A stretch of DNA of 64,000 nucleotides from Gammaproteobacteria bacterium (GCA_024234955.1 JACKNK010000006.1:204782-268781), one strand, 5' to 3'; positions 19,557 through 29,625 are shown, numbered from the stretch's first letter. Numbers and translations: made by a program. Notes: generated from the sequence alone by a model not told the origin.

Positions 19557-20273
19557 TCAGTCCTCAGGCACGATCGTCGTCAGGCCGAGGACCTGCCAGA
19601 GCTGCATGCCGCCACGGTAATAGAACAGTTTCTCCGGTGGGTAGCCCTGCTTGAGCAGCGCGTTAATGGCGCGCGGTGACTGATCGCACCAGGGGCCGTT
19701 ACACCAGAACAGCGCTTCCTTGGCGTTGCTGAAGTCCCACACCTGACTGCCGCCGGAGCCGAGCCCGATCATGTCGAGCAGGGAATTCATCGACAAGCCG
19801 CTGTCCGGTCCTTTACGACTCACCCCAAGCTTGCTCATGGCGGCTGCCAACTCCGGGTCGCTGGTGTCGCGGCTGAATACCGTGAACGGCAGATTGATCG
19901 ATCCCGGAATCGTTCCGCGCTTGTGCCAGGCCGGGGTACGGGCATCGACCAGAACGCCAGAGCCGTTACGCAGTTGACGTTCCATGAAGTCGAAGATCTC
20001 GACTTCACCTACCGTCTCTACGGCCGGATCTACCCTGATCGGGTGAATACAGAATGGCGGGCATTTACGGGATGTCTTCGCAAAGCCGCCGGTCAGTACG
20101 TTGTTTTCATCCTGAATCCTTTCTACTCGGACGCTGCGTCCCTCATGGTTCACGGTCACGAAATCCCGGGTCTCCGTGAGCTTGACGTCCAGCGCGGAAG
20201 CCGCGCCAGTCACGGACATGACCAGGACGGCAGAAATGATTTGCAGGGTTCTGAAGCGGGTTCGGGCTTTCAT
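19557..20273 (-). CDS. Periplasmic rhodanese-domain sulfurtransferase
   Basis: Signal peptide. CNGPWCDQSP active-site loop typical of rhodanese. Confidence 0.65.
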   Translation of the reverse strand: MKARTRFRTLQIISAVLVMSVTGAASALDVKLTETRDFVTVNHEGRSVRVERIQDENNVLTGGFAKTSRKCPPFCIHPIRVDPAVETVGEVEIFDFMERQLRNGSGVLVDARTPAWHKRGTIPGSINLPFTVFSRDTSDPELAAAMSKLGVSRKGPDSGLSMNSLLDMIGLGSGGSQVWDFSNAKEALFWCNGPWCDQSPRAINALLKQGYPPEKLFYYRGGMQLWQVLGLTTIVPED

Positions 20274-20328
20274 TGTTATTCCTCAAGGTCCTCCGATGGG
20301 TGCGCGATCACGCCGATTGCGTACGCAA

Positions 20329-20685
20329 TCAATGTGACGAGAACAGCGAGATGATCTTCTTTCGGATCGATTCGATGTCTTTGCTGCTCAGGTATTCGTC
20401 ATAGACAGAGGTTTTATCTCCGTCGCTGAGTTTGTTGTAGAACATGTAACTGCCGATGTAGCGCGAACGCAGCAACTCTTCGAAGCCGGCAATGTCGAGG
20501 TCCTTTGGGATACTGGGAGCCTCGGCGCCCTGTGGCTGGCCGGACGCGTCCAGCGACACGGCAGAATCGACCGTGATGTCGTCGGCCTCCCCGTTGATCG
20601 AGTCGAGGTACGAATCCTTGGCGTGCGAAAGCGGTCCCCAACTCAAGGACCCCACCAACAATATGGCGACGATGAATGAGGACAT
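20329..20685 (-). CDS. Hypothetical small secreted protein (low-GC gene)
   Basis: Signal peptide MSSFIVAILLVGSLSWGPLSHA. GAGGG RBS 9 nt before the ATG. GC about 52% against a window average of about 65%. Confidence 0.45.
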   Translation of the reverse strand: MSSFIVAILLVGSLSWGPLSHAKDSYLDSINGEADDITVDSAVSLDASGQPQGAEAPSIPKDLDIAGFEELLRSRYIGSYMFYNKLSDGDKTSVYDEYLSSKDIESIRKKIISLFSSH

Positions 20686-20897
20686 CAGAGCACCCTCAGG
20701 GGTTTTGGACACCGTGTACATATGGCTCCCGCAATTCCTGCAGCGATGAGTGGCGTTGGATGAGCGTAGTCAGGTTTATGATCCATGTCATCGCAAAAGC
20801 GTTACAAATTTGCGATTGCGCTGGTTATCTTAGTTCGCGAATTCCTATTCTGCCCGCTGGCTTCGGGACAACACTCGGACATCCTAAGATCCCTTGC

Positions 20898-20926
20898 TTG
20901 ACAGCATTTTGGGGGGTCCCTAGCAT
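20898..20926 (+). promoter_or_regulatory. Sigma70-type promoter upstream of ispB
   Basis: TTGACA (20898-20903), 17-nt spacer, TAGCAT (20921-20926). About 30 nt upstream of the ispB ATG. Confidence 0.5.
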
Positions 20927-20956
20927 CCGCCGGGCCTTTTCCAGACCGTTTTCCCA

Positions 20957-21931
20957 ATGCCCATGCAGCTTGACGTCATCCGCGATTTGGTCGCCGACGA
21001 TCTGCGCGCGGTCGATACCCTGATCCAGGACCGCCTCCGTTCCGACGTCGCCCTTGTCAATCAACTGGGCGCGTACATCGTCAACAGTGGTGGCAAACGC
21101 CTCCGCCCGCTTCTTGTCGTCCTTGCCGCGCGTGCCTGCGGTTATCGCGGCGATCGTCATGTCGATCTTGCCGCGATCGTCGAATTCATTCATACCGCAA
21201 CCCTGTTGCACGACGATGTCGTTGATGCGTCCGATTTGCGCCGTGGCCGCGACACCGCGAATGCGCTTTGGGGGAATGAGGCCAGCGTTTTGGTCGGCGA
21301 CTTCCTCTACTCCCGCGCCTTCCAGATGATGACGGCGCTGCATGAACTGCGGATCATGGAAATCCTCGCCGTCACCACCAACGTGATCGCGGAAGGCGAG
21401 GTGCTGCAGCTGATGAATTGCCATGACCCGGACGTGGACGAGGCCGGTTACATGGCGGTCATCCGTTACAAGACCGCCAAGTTGTTCGAGGCCGGGACCC
21501 GTCTGGGCGCGGTGATCAATCAGGATGACGCGGCCATCGAGTCCGCGATGGCCGCTTACGGCATGCATCTAGGGACGGCGTTCCAGATCATCGACGATGT
21601 GCTCGATTACAGCTCCGACAGCGATGAAATGGGCAAAAATGTCGGCGACGATCTCGCCGAGGGCAAACCCACGCTGCCGTTGATTTATGTGATGCGTCAT
21701 GGCGATCCGACGCAGGCGGCGGTGGTGCGCAAAGCCATCGAGGAAGGGGGCCGCGACAAGATCGACGCGGTGATCAAAGCGATTGAATCGACCGATGCCA
21801 TCCCCTACACTACGCGGCTCGCGCGACAGGAGGCAGATCTCGCCAAGGCGGCTCTCGCCCAGCTACCTGCCTCTCCGTATCGCGAAGCGCTGTTGGCCTT
21901 GGCGGATTTCGCGGTCGAACGTAGTCACTGA
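20957..21931 (+). CDS. ispB: Octaprenyl-diphosphate synthase (trans-polyprenyl synthetase)
   Basis: DDxxD motifs LLHDDVVDASDLRRG and FQIIDDVLD. 324 aa. Confidence 0.85.
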   Translation: MPMQLDVIRDLVADDLRAVDTLIQDRLRSDVALVNQLGAYIVNSGGKRLRPLLVVLAARACGYRGDRHVDLAAIVEFIHTATLLHDDVVDASDLRRGRDTANALWGNEASVLVGDFLYSRAFQMMTALHELRIMEILAVTTNVIAEGEVLQLMNCHDPDVDEAGYMAVIRYKTAKLFEAGTRLGAVINQDDAAIESAMAAYGMHLGTAFQIIDDVLDYSSDSDEMGKNVGDDLAEGKPTLPLIYVMRHGDPTQAAVVRKAIEEGGRDKIDAVIKAIESTDAIPYTTRLARQEADLAKAALAQLPASPYREALLALADFAVERSH

Positions 21932-21974
21932 TCCGGTGGCGGCGTTAGCGGTTCTCCAGCAACGCGTTCATTTC

Positions 21975-22053
<79 letters not shown>

Positions 22054-22132
22054 ACTCTGATTCGGTCCCGAATCATCGGCGGCGTGTCCCGACGCGCCGC
22101 CATCGCTGTCCTCTCACCTCCGTGGGTGCGAC

Positions 22133-22921
22133 ATGAGTCGCATCCAGCGGGTGGTGCAGATCACCGATACCCATCTGTTCTCCGATCCATCGCGTGCCCT
22201 CAAGGGCATCGTCACCGATGCCTCCTTGCGTGCGGTATTGGCGGCAGCGCACAACGATCTCGTCGGTGCGGATCTGTTGTTGCTGACGGGAGACCTGGCT
22301 CACGATGAGGTCGAAGCGACGTATCAGCGCCTCCGTGCGACGCTTGCAGCGCTCATTCCCGGACAATTGCCCGTCCGCGCCATTCCAGGGAACCATGACG
22401 ACCCCGCCTTGATGATTCGCCATTTCGGGCAAGCGGACAGCGTTGTCCTGGGCGATTGGTTGTGCCTATCGCTGGATTCCCATCGTGATGGACAGGTCGA
22501 AGGCACACTCCGCGCCTCCGAACTCCAACGCCTCGATCGGGAGCTGGCCGAAACGCGTGCCAGCCATGCCCTGATCGCCGTGCATCATCATCCGGTTGAT
22601 GTCGGTTCACTGTGGATGGACGGCATCGGTCTGAGCAATCATGCCGCGCTGTTTGAGGTGCTCAACCGTCACGACAAGGCCCGCGCGATCCTCAACGGGC
22701 ACATTCATCAGGAATTCGAGGGTGGGCGCGATGGCATTGCAGTTTACGGTACGCCATCGACCAACGTTCAGTTCCGCGCACGCAGCGATGAGCCTCAATT
22801 TGCCGATCTGGAGCCGGGGTACCGTCGCTTGGCCTTGTACCCGGATGGCCGCATCGACACCGAGGTGGTGCGTGTCCCCGGCGTGGTCTGCAACCTGAAC
22901 GACGAAGGGAGTTACGAGTGA
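22133..22921 (+). CDS. cpdA: 3',5'-cyclic-AMP phosphodiesterase CpdA (class III metallophosphoesterase)
   Basis: ITDTHLF, GDLAHD, GNHD and HHHP metallophosphoesterase motifs. 262 aa. Confidence 0.8.
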   Translation: MSRIQRVVQITDTHLFSDPSRALKGIVTDASLRAVLAAAHNDLVGADLLLLTGDLAHDEVEATYQRLRATLAALIPGQLPVRAIPGNHDDPALMIRHFGQADSVVLGDWLCLSLDSHRDGQVEGTLRASELQRLDRELAETRASHALIAVHHHPVDVGSLWMDGIGLSNHAALFEVLNRHDKARAILNGHIHQEFEGGRDGIAVYGTPSTNVQFRARSDEPQFADLEPGYRRLALYPDGRIDTEVVRVPGVVCNLNDEGSYE

Positions 22922-23763
22922 CCGCCGCACCGCGTTTTGCCACCATCAACGAAACCCTGGGGCTCGACGACGCGCAGCTCGGGCTAGCCGATCTTGCCTT
23001 GTTGCTGGCACGGGACGCCTATCCGGAGCTCGATGTTGCCCACTATTTGGCGCGTCTCGATGAGATGGCGATGGAAGCGCGCGCGAACCTGCCGGCGAAA
23101 GCGGACGTCTTCGTCACGCTTGCCGCACTCAATCGTTATCTGTTCACGGAACAAGGTTTCAAAGGCAATTTCGACGACTATTACGACCCGAGAAACAGCT
23201 ATCTCAACGAGGTTCTGGATCGCCGTACCGGCATCCCGATCACGCTATCTTTGGTCTATATCGAAGTCGGTCGTCGTCTGGGACTGTCCCTGGACGGGGT
23301 GTCCTTTCCCGGTCATTTCCTGGTGAAGTGTTCGGTGGACGGTGGCGACGTGGTTCTCGATCCCTACTCCGGCGGGGTCTCGCTGGGTACCGACGAACTC
23401 GAACACCGCCTCAGCGATGTGGTCGGCGAGAAGCACGCGGCTCGCATCAACCTCGCTGACGTATTGGGCGCCGCGCCCACGCGCGACATCCTGGTCCGCA
23501 TGCTGCATAACCTGAAGGCCGTTTATATGCGCGACGAGGAACTGCACAAAGCCCTGCAGATCAGCGGCCGTGTGCTGCAGCTCAAGCCCGGCAGCAGCGA
23601 CGATTTGCGCGATCGCGGCGTTCTGTATGCGGCTCTGGATTGCTTCCGGCCAGCGCTGGACGACCTGCGCCGCTACCTGAAACTACGTCCGAACGCTGCC
23701 GATGCCGATGACATCCGCGAGCGCGTGATCCAGTTGCAGGGCCGGGTTGCACAACTGCATTGA
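22918..23763 (+). CDS. SirB1-like protein (transglutaminase-like N-domain plus TPR C-domain)
   Basis: 281 aa. Overlaps the cpdA stop. Confidence 0.55.
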   Translation: MTAAPRFATINETLGLDDAQLGLADLALLLARDAYPELDVAHYLARLDEMAMEARANLPAKADVFVTLAALNRYLFTEQGFKGNFDDYYDPRNSYLNEVLDRRTGIPITLSLVYIEVGRRLGLSLDGVSFPGHFLVKCSVDGGDVVLDPYSGGVSLGTDELEHRLSDVVGEKHAARINLADVLGAAPTRDILVRMLHNLKAVYMRDEELHKALQISGRVLQLKPGSSDDLRDRGVLYAALDCFRPALDDLRRYLKLRPNAADADDIRERVIQLQGRVAQLH

Positions 23764-24416
23764 GCACCATGAACACGCCGCTCATCGTGCTGCTCATCGC
23801 CTGGTTGGCTTACTTCGCGCTGCATTCCCTGCTCGCCGGTCTGCCGATCAAACGCTGGGTGGCGACGCAACACGCCGCTTGGATGCCGGCGTACCGGCTC
23901 GTTTACAACACGGTTGCCGTGCTCGCGCTGCTGCCGGTGTTGTGGCTGAGCTATGCGATTGACGCCCCACCGTTATGGCAATGGCATGGATGGCAGGCTT
24001 GGGTGGCGAATGGCCTTGCGATGCTCGCCCTGCTGGGCTTTCTGTGGTCCACACGTTGGTACGACGGCAGTGAATTCCTCGGTCTGCGGCAATGGCGCGA
24101 GCGCGCATGCCGCGTCGAGGATCAGGAAAAACTGCATATCTCGCCGATGCATCGCTTCGTGCGTCACCCCTGGTACAGCCTCGGTCTGGTGCTGATCTGG
24201 ACGCGCGAACTCAACGCCCCGCTGTTGCTGGGTGCGATCGCTATCAGCCTCTATTTCGCGATCGGCTCCCGCCTGGAAGAGCGCAAGTTGATCTGTTACC
24301 ACGGCGATGCCTATCGTCAATATCGAGCGCGCGTTCCCGGGTTGATCCCGTTGCCGTGGCGCTGGCTGAGTGCCGCCGACGCCGAGAAACTCGTGAACAC
24401 CGACGCATCGGCGTAA
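23760..24416 (+). CDS. Membrane methyltransferase of the isoprenylcysteine carboxyl methyltransferase / PEMT superfamily
   Basis: 218 aa, 4-5 TM helices. HRFVRHPWYSLGLVLIW...LEERKLICYHGDAYRQY is the ICMT-type C-terminal motif. Confidence 0.6.
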   Translation: MSTMNTPLIVLLIAWLAYFALHSLLAGLPIKRWVATQHAAWMPAYRLVYNTVAVLALLPVLWLSYAIDAPPLWQWHGWQAWVANGLAMLALLGFLWSTRWYDGSEFLGLRQWRERACRVEDQEKLHISPMHRFVRHPWYSLGLVLIWTRELNAPLLLGAIAISLYFAIGSRLEERKLICYHGDAYRQYRARVPGLIPLPWRWLSAADAEKLVNTDASA

Positions 24417-24555
24417 CCAGGGCAAGCCGCCTGCGCGTGCCCGGGACGCACATTTCCCGCCAAACTTGTCCCGCTTGACCGGCTTGCCCACAATGCGGCG
24501 CATGTTCTTGCCCATCCCGTCACGATCCGCCCCTGCGCGCCGCTGAGGAACTCCG

Positions 24556-24753
24556 ATGTCCGACGCCACCTTCCGCGTTCAATCTCCCGCCGAAGCCTTC
24601 CAGGAATACACCGAGTCGGAAATTCGCCGTCTGCGCGAAACCGACGCCCAGTTCGACGAAGACTTCTTTCGCCGTGCGCAGACCCTGGTCGCCGGTCGTC
24701 TTCTGGTGGCACATGCGGAAATGGAAAGCGAAGTCGGGGAGGGCACGGCATGA
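24556..24753 (+). CDS. Small acidic hypothetical protein, translationally coupled to the downstream SMC-like ATPase
   Basis: 65 aa. GAGGAA RBS 8 nt upstream. Stop overlaps the next start (ATGA). Confidence 0.5.
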   Translation: MSDATFRVQSPAEAFQEYTESEIRRLRETDAQFDEDFFRRAQTLVAGRLLVAHAEMESEVGEGTA

Positions 24754-27050
24754 TCATTCGCGAATTTCATGCCGAGAACATCCTCAAATACCGGAGTCTC
24801 AAGCTCGAAAACATTCCCGAGCGCGGCCTGATCGGCATCTCCGGCCCCAATGAGGCCGGCAAGACCGCAATTGTCGAGGCCATCTGCCTGGCCCTGTTCG
24901 GGCGCACCTTCTCCTACGAACCCGAGGAGGTGCTCAAGACCATGAAATGGGGCGCGGCCAAGGCGAGCGCCGAACTCGTGTTCAGCGGCGCCGACGGCAA
25001 GCATTACCGGGTTGCGCGCTACCTCAACATCGAAGGCCATCACAGCGCCAGCCTGAGTCTCGTCGGGAGTGGCGATGCCATCGCCCAGGGCGCGCAGGCG
25101 GTGACCCGTGCGATCGAGGAACGGGTCGGTTTCAGCTTCGACCAATACGTCGAATCCTTCTATCTGGCGCAACGCGAAATCACCATGCCGCACGCCAGCA
25201 GCGGCATGGTGCGCGGCTTGCTTGGCATTGCCGAACTCGACCGCGTCGCCGATGAGCTGCAAGGCGAGGTCGATGCCGATCGTCGCCACATCGATGAACT
25301 GCAGGCATCGATCGAAGCCATCGACGATCAGCTTGGCACGCTCAATGTCGAGGAATCCGCACTGGCCGAGCTGCAGGCGGCGTTGTCGTCGTGCGGAGAT
25401 GACGCACGCGATGCGCAACGCCGGGTTGCGGTCGCCAGCGCCCGGCGCGCGCAGCTGGAAGAGCTCGGCAGCGATGTCGAGACCCAGGTCAACGGCATCC
25501 TCAGCAGCGATGTCGAGACCCGTTTCCGCCATTGGCAGGAACGTGCCGACCATCTTGGCGAGCAGGTCAGCACCCTTGAAGAGGCGTGTCTGGTGGCCGA
25601 ATCGGACCCGCCCGGAACCGCACCGGGGACCGACCTGATCGCCTGGATCGGTGGCCTGCGCGATCGGGTGGCCGCGTTTGCCGCAATCCGCGCACGGGCC
25701 GATGTTCATGCCGAGGAAGAAAAGCAGTGGCTGGGGCGCAAGCCGCTCTCGTCCGACACCGAAGCAGACCCCGAAGCCGAAGCTGACGTGGCTCCGGTCA
25801 GCGACCATGACGACAGTTATCCGGCACAACGTGCGCACATCGAACAGGAGCTTGCCGGTCTGCCCGGCAAACGTCGCGTGTTCCGCCTGCTGGCGTTTTT
25901 CGGATTGGTGATCGCGGTGGCGACGATTACGGTGCGCTGGTTGCTGGCGCCGGAAGTCGCGCTCCCGGAAGGCGAGCAGCTCGTCGCGCAACTGCGTGTG
26001 TGGTTCCCGAACTGGGACCCGCAAACCGTCGAAAGCCTGCTCGCCATGCGCTGGACTGCGGGCGGCGCGTTGACGATCGGATTGTTATCGATCCTGCGGG
26101 GCAGCGCCTTGTCGCGCCGTATCCGCCGGCTGAGATTTGAACGCGAACGACTGGATGCGCACGCGCTTGAAGCGCGGGAACACATCGACCTGATCGCCGA
26201 GATCGATGAACACCCGATGTCCAAGCAACTTGAAAGCCTGCGCGCCCTGCACGACCCGGACATCGACGACGCTCTGGATGCGTTCACCGAGGGCGACGGC
26301 AAGGCGCTGATCGATGCCGAGGCGCTGGCGGCCTGGCGCGAGCCGCTGGCCGACGATCGCGACATGTTCCGTGAAGACCTGGACACCCTGCTCGACACCC
26401 TCGGCAAGTCGGTCGCCGAAGCGCGTCATGGCGCCGACACGTCGGATCGTGCCCTGGCCGATGCCGAAACCGCCGTTGAGAACGAAGAGCGTCGCCGCGC
26501 CGAAGCCGAGGCCCTGAGCGAGCGTCAGCGCGGCTTGCGGGGGCAACTTCAGGAACCCCGCGAACGCATCAAGCTGCGCAAGCTCGGTCTCGATCAGATA
26601 CGCGGCACCTGTCGTCGCATCTACAACGACTTCAACGTGCAGATGCGCGACTACCTGGTGCGCATCGTGCCGCTATTTACCGAAGGCCGATACCGCCACC
26701 TCAAGATCGACGACGAATTCAAGGTGCAGGTGTTTTCCAACGACAAAAATGATTTCGTCGAATTGGAAGAACTCTCCAGCGGCACCCATCGCCAACTCGT
26801 CCTGGGCGTGCGCCTGGCGCTGTCGCAGGCCATGGTGGACGCGCAATCGCATGGCGCCCAGTCGATGATCCTCGATGAACCGTTCGCGTTCTTCGACCGC
26901 GAACGCATCCGGCAGACGCTCGAAACCTTGCCCACGGTCAGCGAAGAGATCAGCCAGATATGGGTGATCTCGCAGGAATTCGACGGCGCCAGCTTCGACC
27001 TGCATCTGGCCTGTCGCAGGGACAGCGACACCCTGACCGCCATAGGCTGA
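24750..27050 (+). CDS. SbcC/SMC-like ABC ATPase with a central transmembrane hairpin
   Basis: N-terminal Walker A GISGPNEAGKT in an SbcC-type head. Long heptad-rich segments. Two hydrophobic helices (VFRLLAFFGLVIAVATITVRWLL and GALTIGLLSILRG) near the middle. C-terminal signature LSSGTHRQL and Walker B MILDEPFAFFD. Confidence 0.75.
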   Translation: MIIREFHAENILKYRSLKLENIPERGLIGISGPNEAGKTAIVEAICLALFGRTFSYEPEEVLKTMKWGAAKASAELVFSGADGKHYRVARYLNIEGHHSASLSLVGSGDAIAQGAQAVTRAIEERVGFSFDQYVESFYLAQREITMPHASSGMVRGLLGIAELDRVADELQGEVDADRRHIDELQASIEAIDDQLGTLNVEESALAELQAALSSCGDDARDAQRRVAVASARRAQLEELGSDVETQVNGILSSDVETRFRHWQERADHLGEQVSTLEEACLVAESDPPGTAPGTDLIAWIGGLRDRVAAFAAIRARADVHAEEEKQWLGRKPLSSDTEADPEAEADVAPVSDHDDSYPAQRAHIEQELAGLPGKRRVFRLLAFFGLVIAVATITVRWLLAPEVALPEGEQLVAQLRVWFPNWDPQTVESLLAMRWTAGGALTIGLLSILRGSALSRRIRRLRFERERLDAHALEAREHIDLIAEIDEHPMSKQLESLRALHDPDIDDALDAFTEGDGKALIDAEALAAWREPLADDRDMFREDLDTLLDTLGKSVAEARHGADTSDRALADAETAVENEERRRAEAEALSERQRGLRGQLQEPRERIKLRKLGLDQIRGTCRRIYNDFNVQMRDYLVRIVPLFTEGRYRHLKIDDEFKVQVFSNDKNDFVELEELSSGTHRQLVLGVRLALSQAMVDAQSHGAQSMILDEPFAFFDRERIRQTLETLPTVSEEISQIWVISQEFDGASFDLHLACRRDSDTLTAIG

Positions 27051-27069
27051 CCCGGGCGTTCCGGTTGCG

Positions 27070-27807
27070 ATGCGCAATCCCCGTATCCATGTTGATCAGC
27101 GTTTGGGCGTCGGGGACGAATTCGCACTTCCGGAGGGGCCGGCCCGGCATGTCGCACAGGTACTGCGCATGCGGGTCGGCGACGCCCTGACCCTGTTCAA
27201 CGGCGACGGCAACGACTACGGCGGCGAACTGCTCGACGTCACCCGCCGCGACGCCCGGGTGCGCATCGATACCTGCAACGTCGTCGAAAAGGAGTCGTCG
27301 CTCCGCATCACCTTGCTGCAAGGCATCTCCAAGGGCGAACGCATGGACTGGGTGATGCAGAAATCCGTGGAACTGGGGGTGCATGCCATCGTCCCGGTGG
27401 TCACCGAACGCACCGTGGTACGCATTGACGACAGTCGTAGCGACAAGAAGCTCGCCCATTGGCAGGGCGTGGTGATTTCGGCCTGCGAGCAATCCGGGCG
27501 TGCGGTGATCCCCGAGGTGCGGGAGCCGATCCGCTTTGCCGAGGCGATCGCGCAATTCAAGGGCGCGGTGCTCGATCCGCTGGCCTCGATATCGCTCACC
27601 GCCGGGCGACCGGAAGCGGCCCAGAGCCCGTTGGCGGCCAGCTTGTTGATCGGTCCGGAAGGCGGGCTCAGCGATGTCGAGATCGACCAAGCGAAACAGG
27701 CGGGCTGGGTCGGCGCCCGACTCGGACCGCGCGTGCTGCGTACCGAGACTGCCGCCCTGGCGGCGCTGGCGGTGATGCAGGCCAGCTGGGGTGATCTGGC
27801 GAACTGA
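27070..27807 (+). CDS. rsmE: 16S rRNA (uracil1498-N3)-methyltransferase RsmE
   Basis: 245 aa. PUA-like N-domain plus SPOUT core (…LIGPEGGLSDVEI…). Confidence 0.85.
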   Translation: MRNPRIHVDQRLGVGDEFALPEGPARHVAQVLRMRVGDALTLFNGDGNDYGGELLDVTRRDARVRIDTCNVVEKESSLRITLLQGISKGERMDWVMQKSVELGVHAIVPVVTERTVVRIDDSRSDKKLAHWQGVVISACEQSGRAVIPEVREPIRFAEAIAQFKGAVLDPLASISLTAGRPEAAQSPLAASLLIGPEGGLSDVEIDQAKQAGWVGARLGPRVLRTETAALAALAVMQASWGDLAN

Positions 27808-27814
27808 CGCTTGC

Positions 27815-28300
27815 TCAGGTCGTATCGCCAATCAGCCGCGATAGCATCGCGTCCACATCCGAGCCCCGGGGCGTTTGGTCCAACGGGGTCCAGGATTGAT
27901 CCGCCTCCAGCCGAAAACTACCGACGAATTCATGGGGCGGTCGGCTTCCCCATTCACGGGGTGACAACATCGACCAGAGCGTGCGGTCATCGTCGCGTCG
28001 ATACAGGTGGTAAACCTTCCCCGGGATACGTTTGAAGGCGCATTCGGCGCGATGCAGTTCCTGGTCCCGGCGCGCACCCTCCAGAATGCGCCGGGCCTCT
28101 TCCTGCAAGGCCTGCATCTGGTCGGCGATGACCCGCAGCTTGGCGTGCGTATGGGTCGCGACCGAGGCATCCGCGCCACTGATCTGGCGGGCGATGTCCA
28201 CCAGATCGGTCGCCGCCCCGAGTCGGCTGACTGGGTAAGGCGCACTGCGGGCATCGCCCTGATGGTTCGGGCCGGAATACTTGCTGGCGTCATCGGCCAT
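27815..28300 (-). CDS. Conserved hypothetical protein (possibly DUF2452-like)
   Basis: 161 aa. Last gene of the minus-strand operon 30809→27815. Confidence 0.45.
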   Translation of the reverse strand: MADDASKYSGPNHQGDARSAPYPVSRLGAATDLVDIARQISGADASVATHTHAKLRVIADQMQALQEEARRILEGARRDQELHRAECAFKRIPGKVYHLYRRDDDRTLWSMLSPREWGSRPPHEFVGSFRLEADQSWTPLDQTPRGSDVDAMLSRLIGDTT

Positions 28301-28309
28301 GTCGTTCGC

Positions 28310-28783
28310 TCACAGGTGTTCGTCGATACCGTGCGCCTTCAGGCCCCAGGCGAACAGCGAACTGACCCGCTTGTTGGCGGTGCGCAGGCGCTCGGCCAGG
28401 GTGTTGAGCAGGTCTTTGAGAACCGGATACCCGACTTCCGGATGGGCATCGAGGTACACGCGCAGGATGTCGCCGGGGATCACGCCCAGCTCGCAGTCGC
28501 TGATCGCGACCACGCTGCCACTGCGCGGTTTCAGGTCGAACAGGCACATTTCGCCAAACACCGTGCCCGGCCCAAGATCGCTGTATCCGGGGCGCAGACT
28601 GCGGTCGTCGTCGAGCGCGACTTCACCGACCACCCGTACCGTCCCGCTCAAGACCACGAACACATCGCACTGGCTGTCGCCTTCGTTGAAAACGTGTTCG
28701 TGCACCGTGCAAAGGCGCCGCTGCCACGCGTCACCTTCGGGAAAGTCGGGGGAGTCGAGCAGATTCTTGAGTGCGTTGGACAT
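28310..28783 (-). CDS. Stand-alone cyclic-nucleotide-binding (CAP-family) domain protein without a DNA-binding domain
   Basis: 157 aa. …GTVFGEMCLFDLKPRSGSVVAISDCEL… is the cNMP-binding beta-roll with the phosphate-binding cassette (GEM…R.A). No HTH. Confidence 0.7.
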   Translation of the reverse strand: MSNALKNLLDSPDFPEGDAWQRRLCTVHEHVFNEGDSQCDVFVVLSGTVRVVGEVALDDDRSLRPGYSDLGPGTVFGEMCLFDLKPRSGSVVAISDCELGVIPGDILRVYLDAHPEVGYPVLKDLLNTLAERLRTANKRVSSLFAWGLKAHGIDEHL

Positions 28784-28788
28784 GAGAT

Positions 28789-29625
28789 CTATCCGGGGTG
28801 ATCGGTGGGTTTGTGACCGGTGGCAACAAAGACGGCGGCGAAGCCCCAGGCTTCGGGATCGTCGCTGATCTGACGGATCACGGCTTCTTCCGCCTGACCG
28901 AGCTGCTTCTGTTCGTCGCTGAGCTGTTCGAGTTTGAAGCCGGTGGTGATGTCGAGAAAGTTGCGCATGCCGAGGTCGGCACTGGTCACGGTATGCACGA
29001 ACACGCCAACCTGATCGAACCCGTTGCGCGCCAGCAGGGTGCCAAGCTTGCGCCCGACATGGCGGTCACCTCCCCGTGCCTGCTGAGCCTGGGCGGCACG
29101 TTGCGTGAACGAGGTGAAGGTTTCCGGTTCCGGGAACAGCGTCAGCCAATCGTCATCGATGTCGAGAATCGCAAGAATGCCGCCCGGCTTTAGTGTGCGC
29201 AGAGCCGCTTCGAAGGCGCGTTCCGGGTGTTCGAGATGCTGAAACAGGAAACGTGCGTAAATGAAATCGAACTGCGCCTCGCCCAGATCGAGTTCATAGA
29301 CATTGGCCTGCTGGAAACGGAGATTCGTCAGCCCGGCGGCGTCCGCCGCCGCCTGCGCTTCCTTGAGCAGATCGGGACTCAGGTCAACACCCGTGACCCG
29401 ACCGTTACCCACCATGCGCGCGATCTCGCAACTGACGATCCCGGGGCCGCAGGCCATGTCCAGGACATCCATGCCTTCCCGCAATCCGGCCCGACTGAGC
29501 AACTGACGTTCCAGCGCGGTGGCAATCGCCGCCTGCTGCTTCAGACGATCGAGCTCCTTCTGGTTCTCATCGAAGCTGCCAAAGGCGTAGGAACCCGCAG
29601 CGGTATGGGTATTGCTGGTGCTCAT
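28789..29625 (-). CDS. Class I SAM-dependent methyltransferase
   Basis: VLDMACGPGIVS is motif I. 278 aa. ATGA overlap with the upstream gene. Confidence 0.75.
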   Translation of the reverse strand: MSTSNTHTAAGSYAFGSFDENQKELDRLKQQAAIATALERQLLSRAGLREGMDVLDMACGPGIVSCEIARMVGNGRVTGVDLSPDLLKEAQAAADAAGLTNLRFQQANVYELDLGEAQFDFIYARFLFQHLEHPERAFEAALRTLKPGGILAILDIDDDWLTLFPEPETFTSFTQRAAQAQQARGGDRHVGRKLGTLLARNGFDQVGVFVHTVTSADLGMRNFLDITTGFKLEQLSDEQKQLGQAEEAVIRQISDDPEAWGFAAVFVATGHKPTDHPG

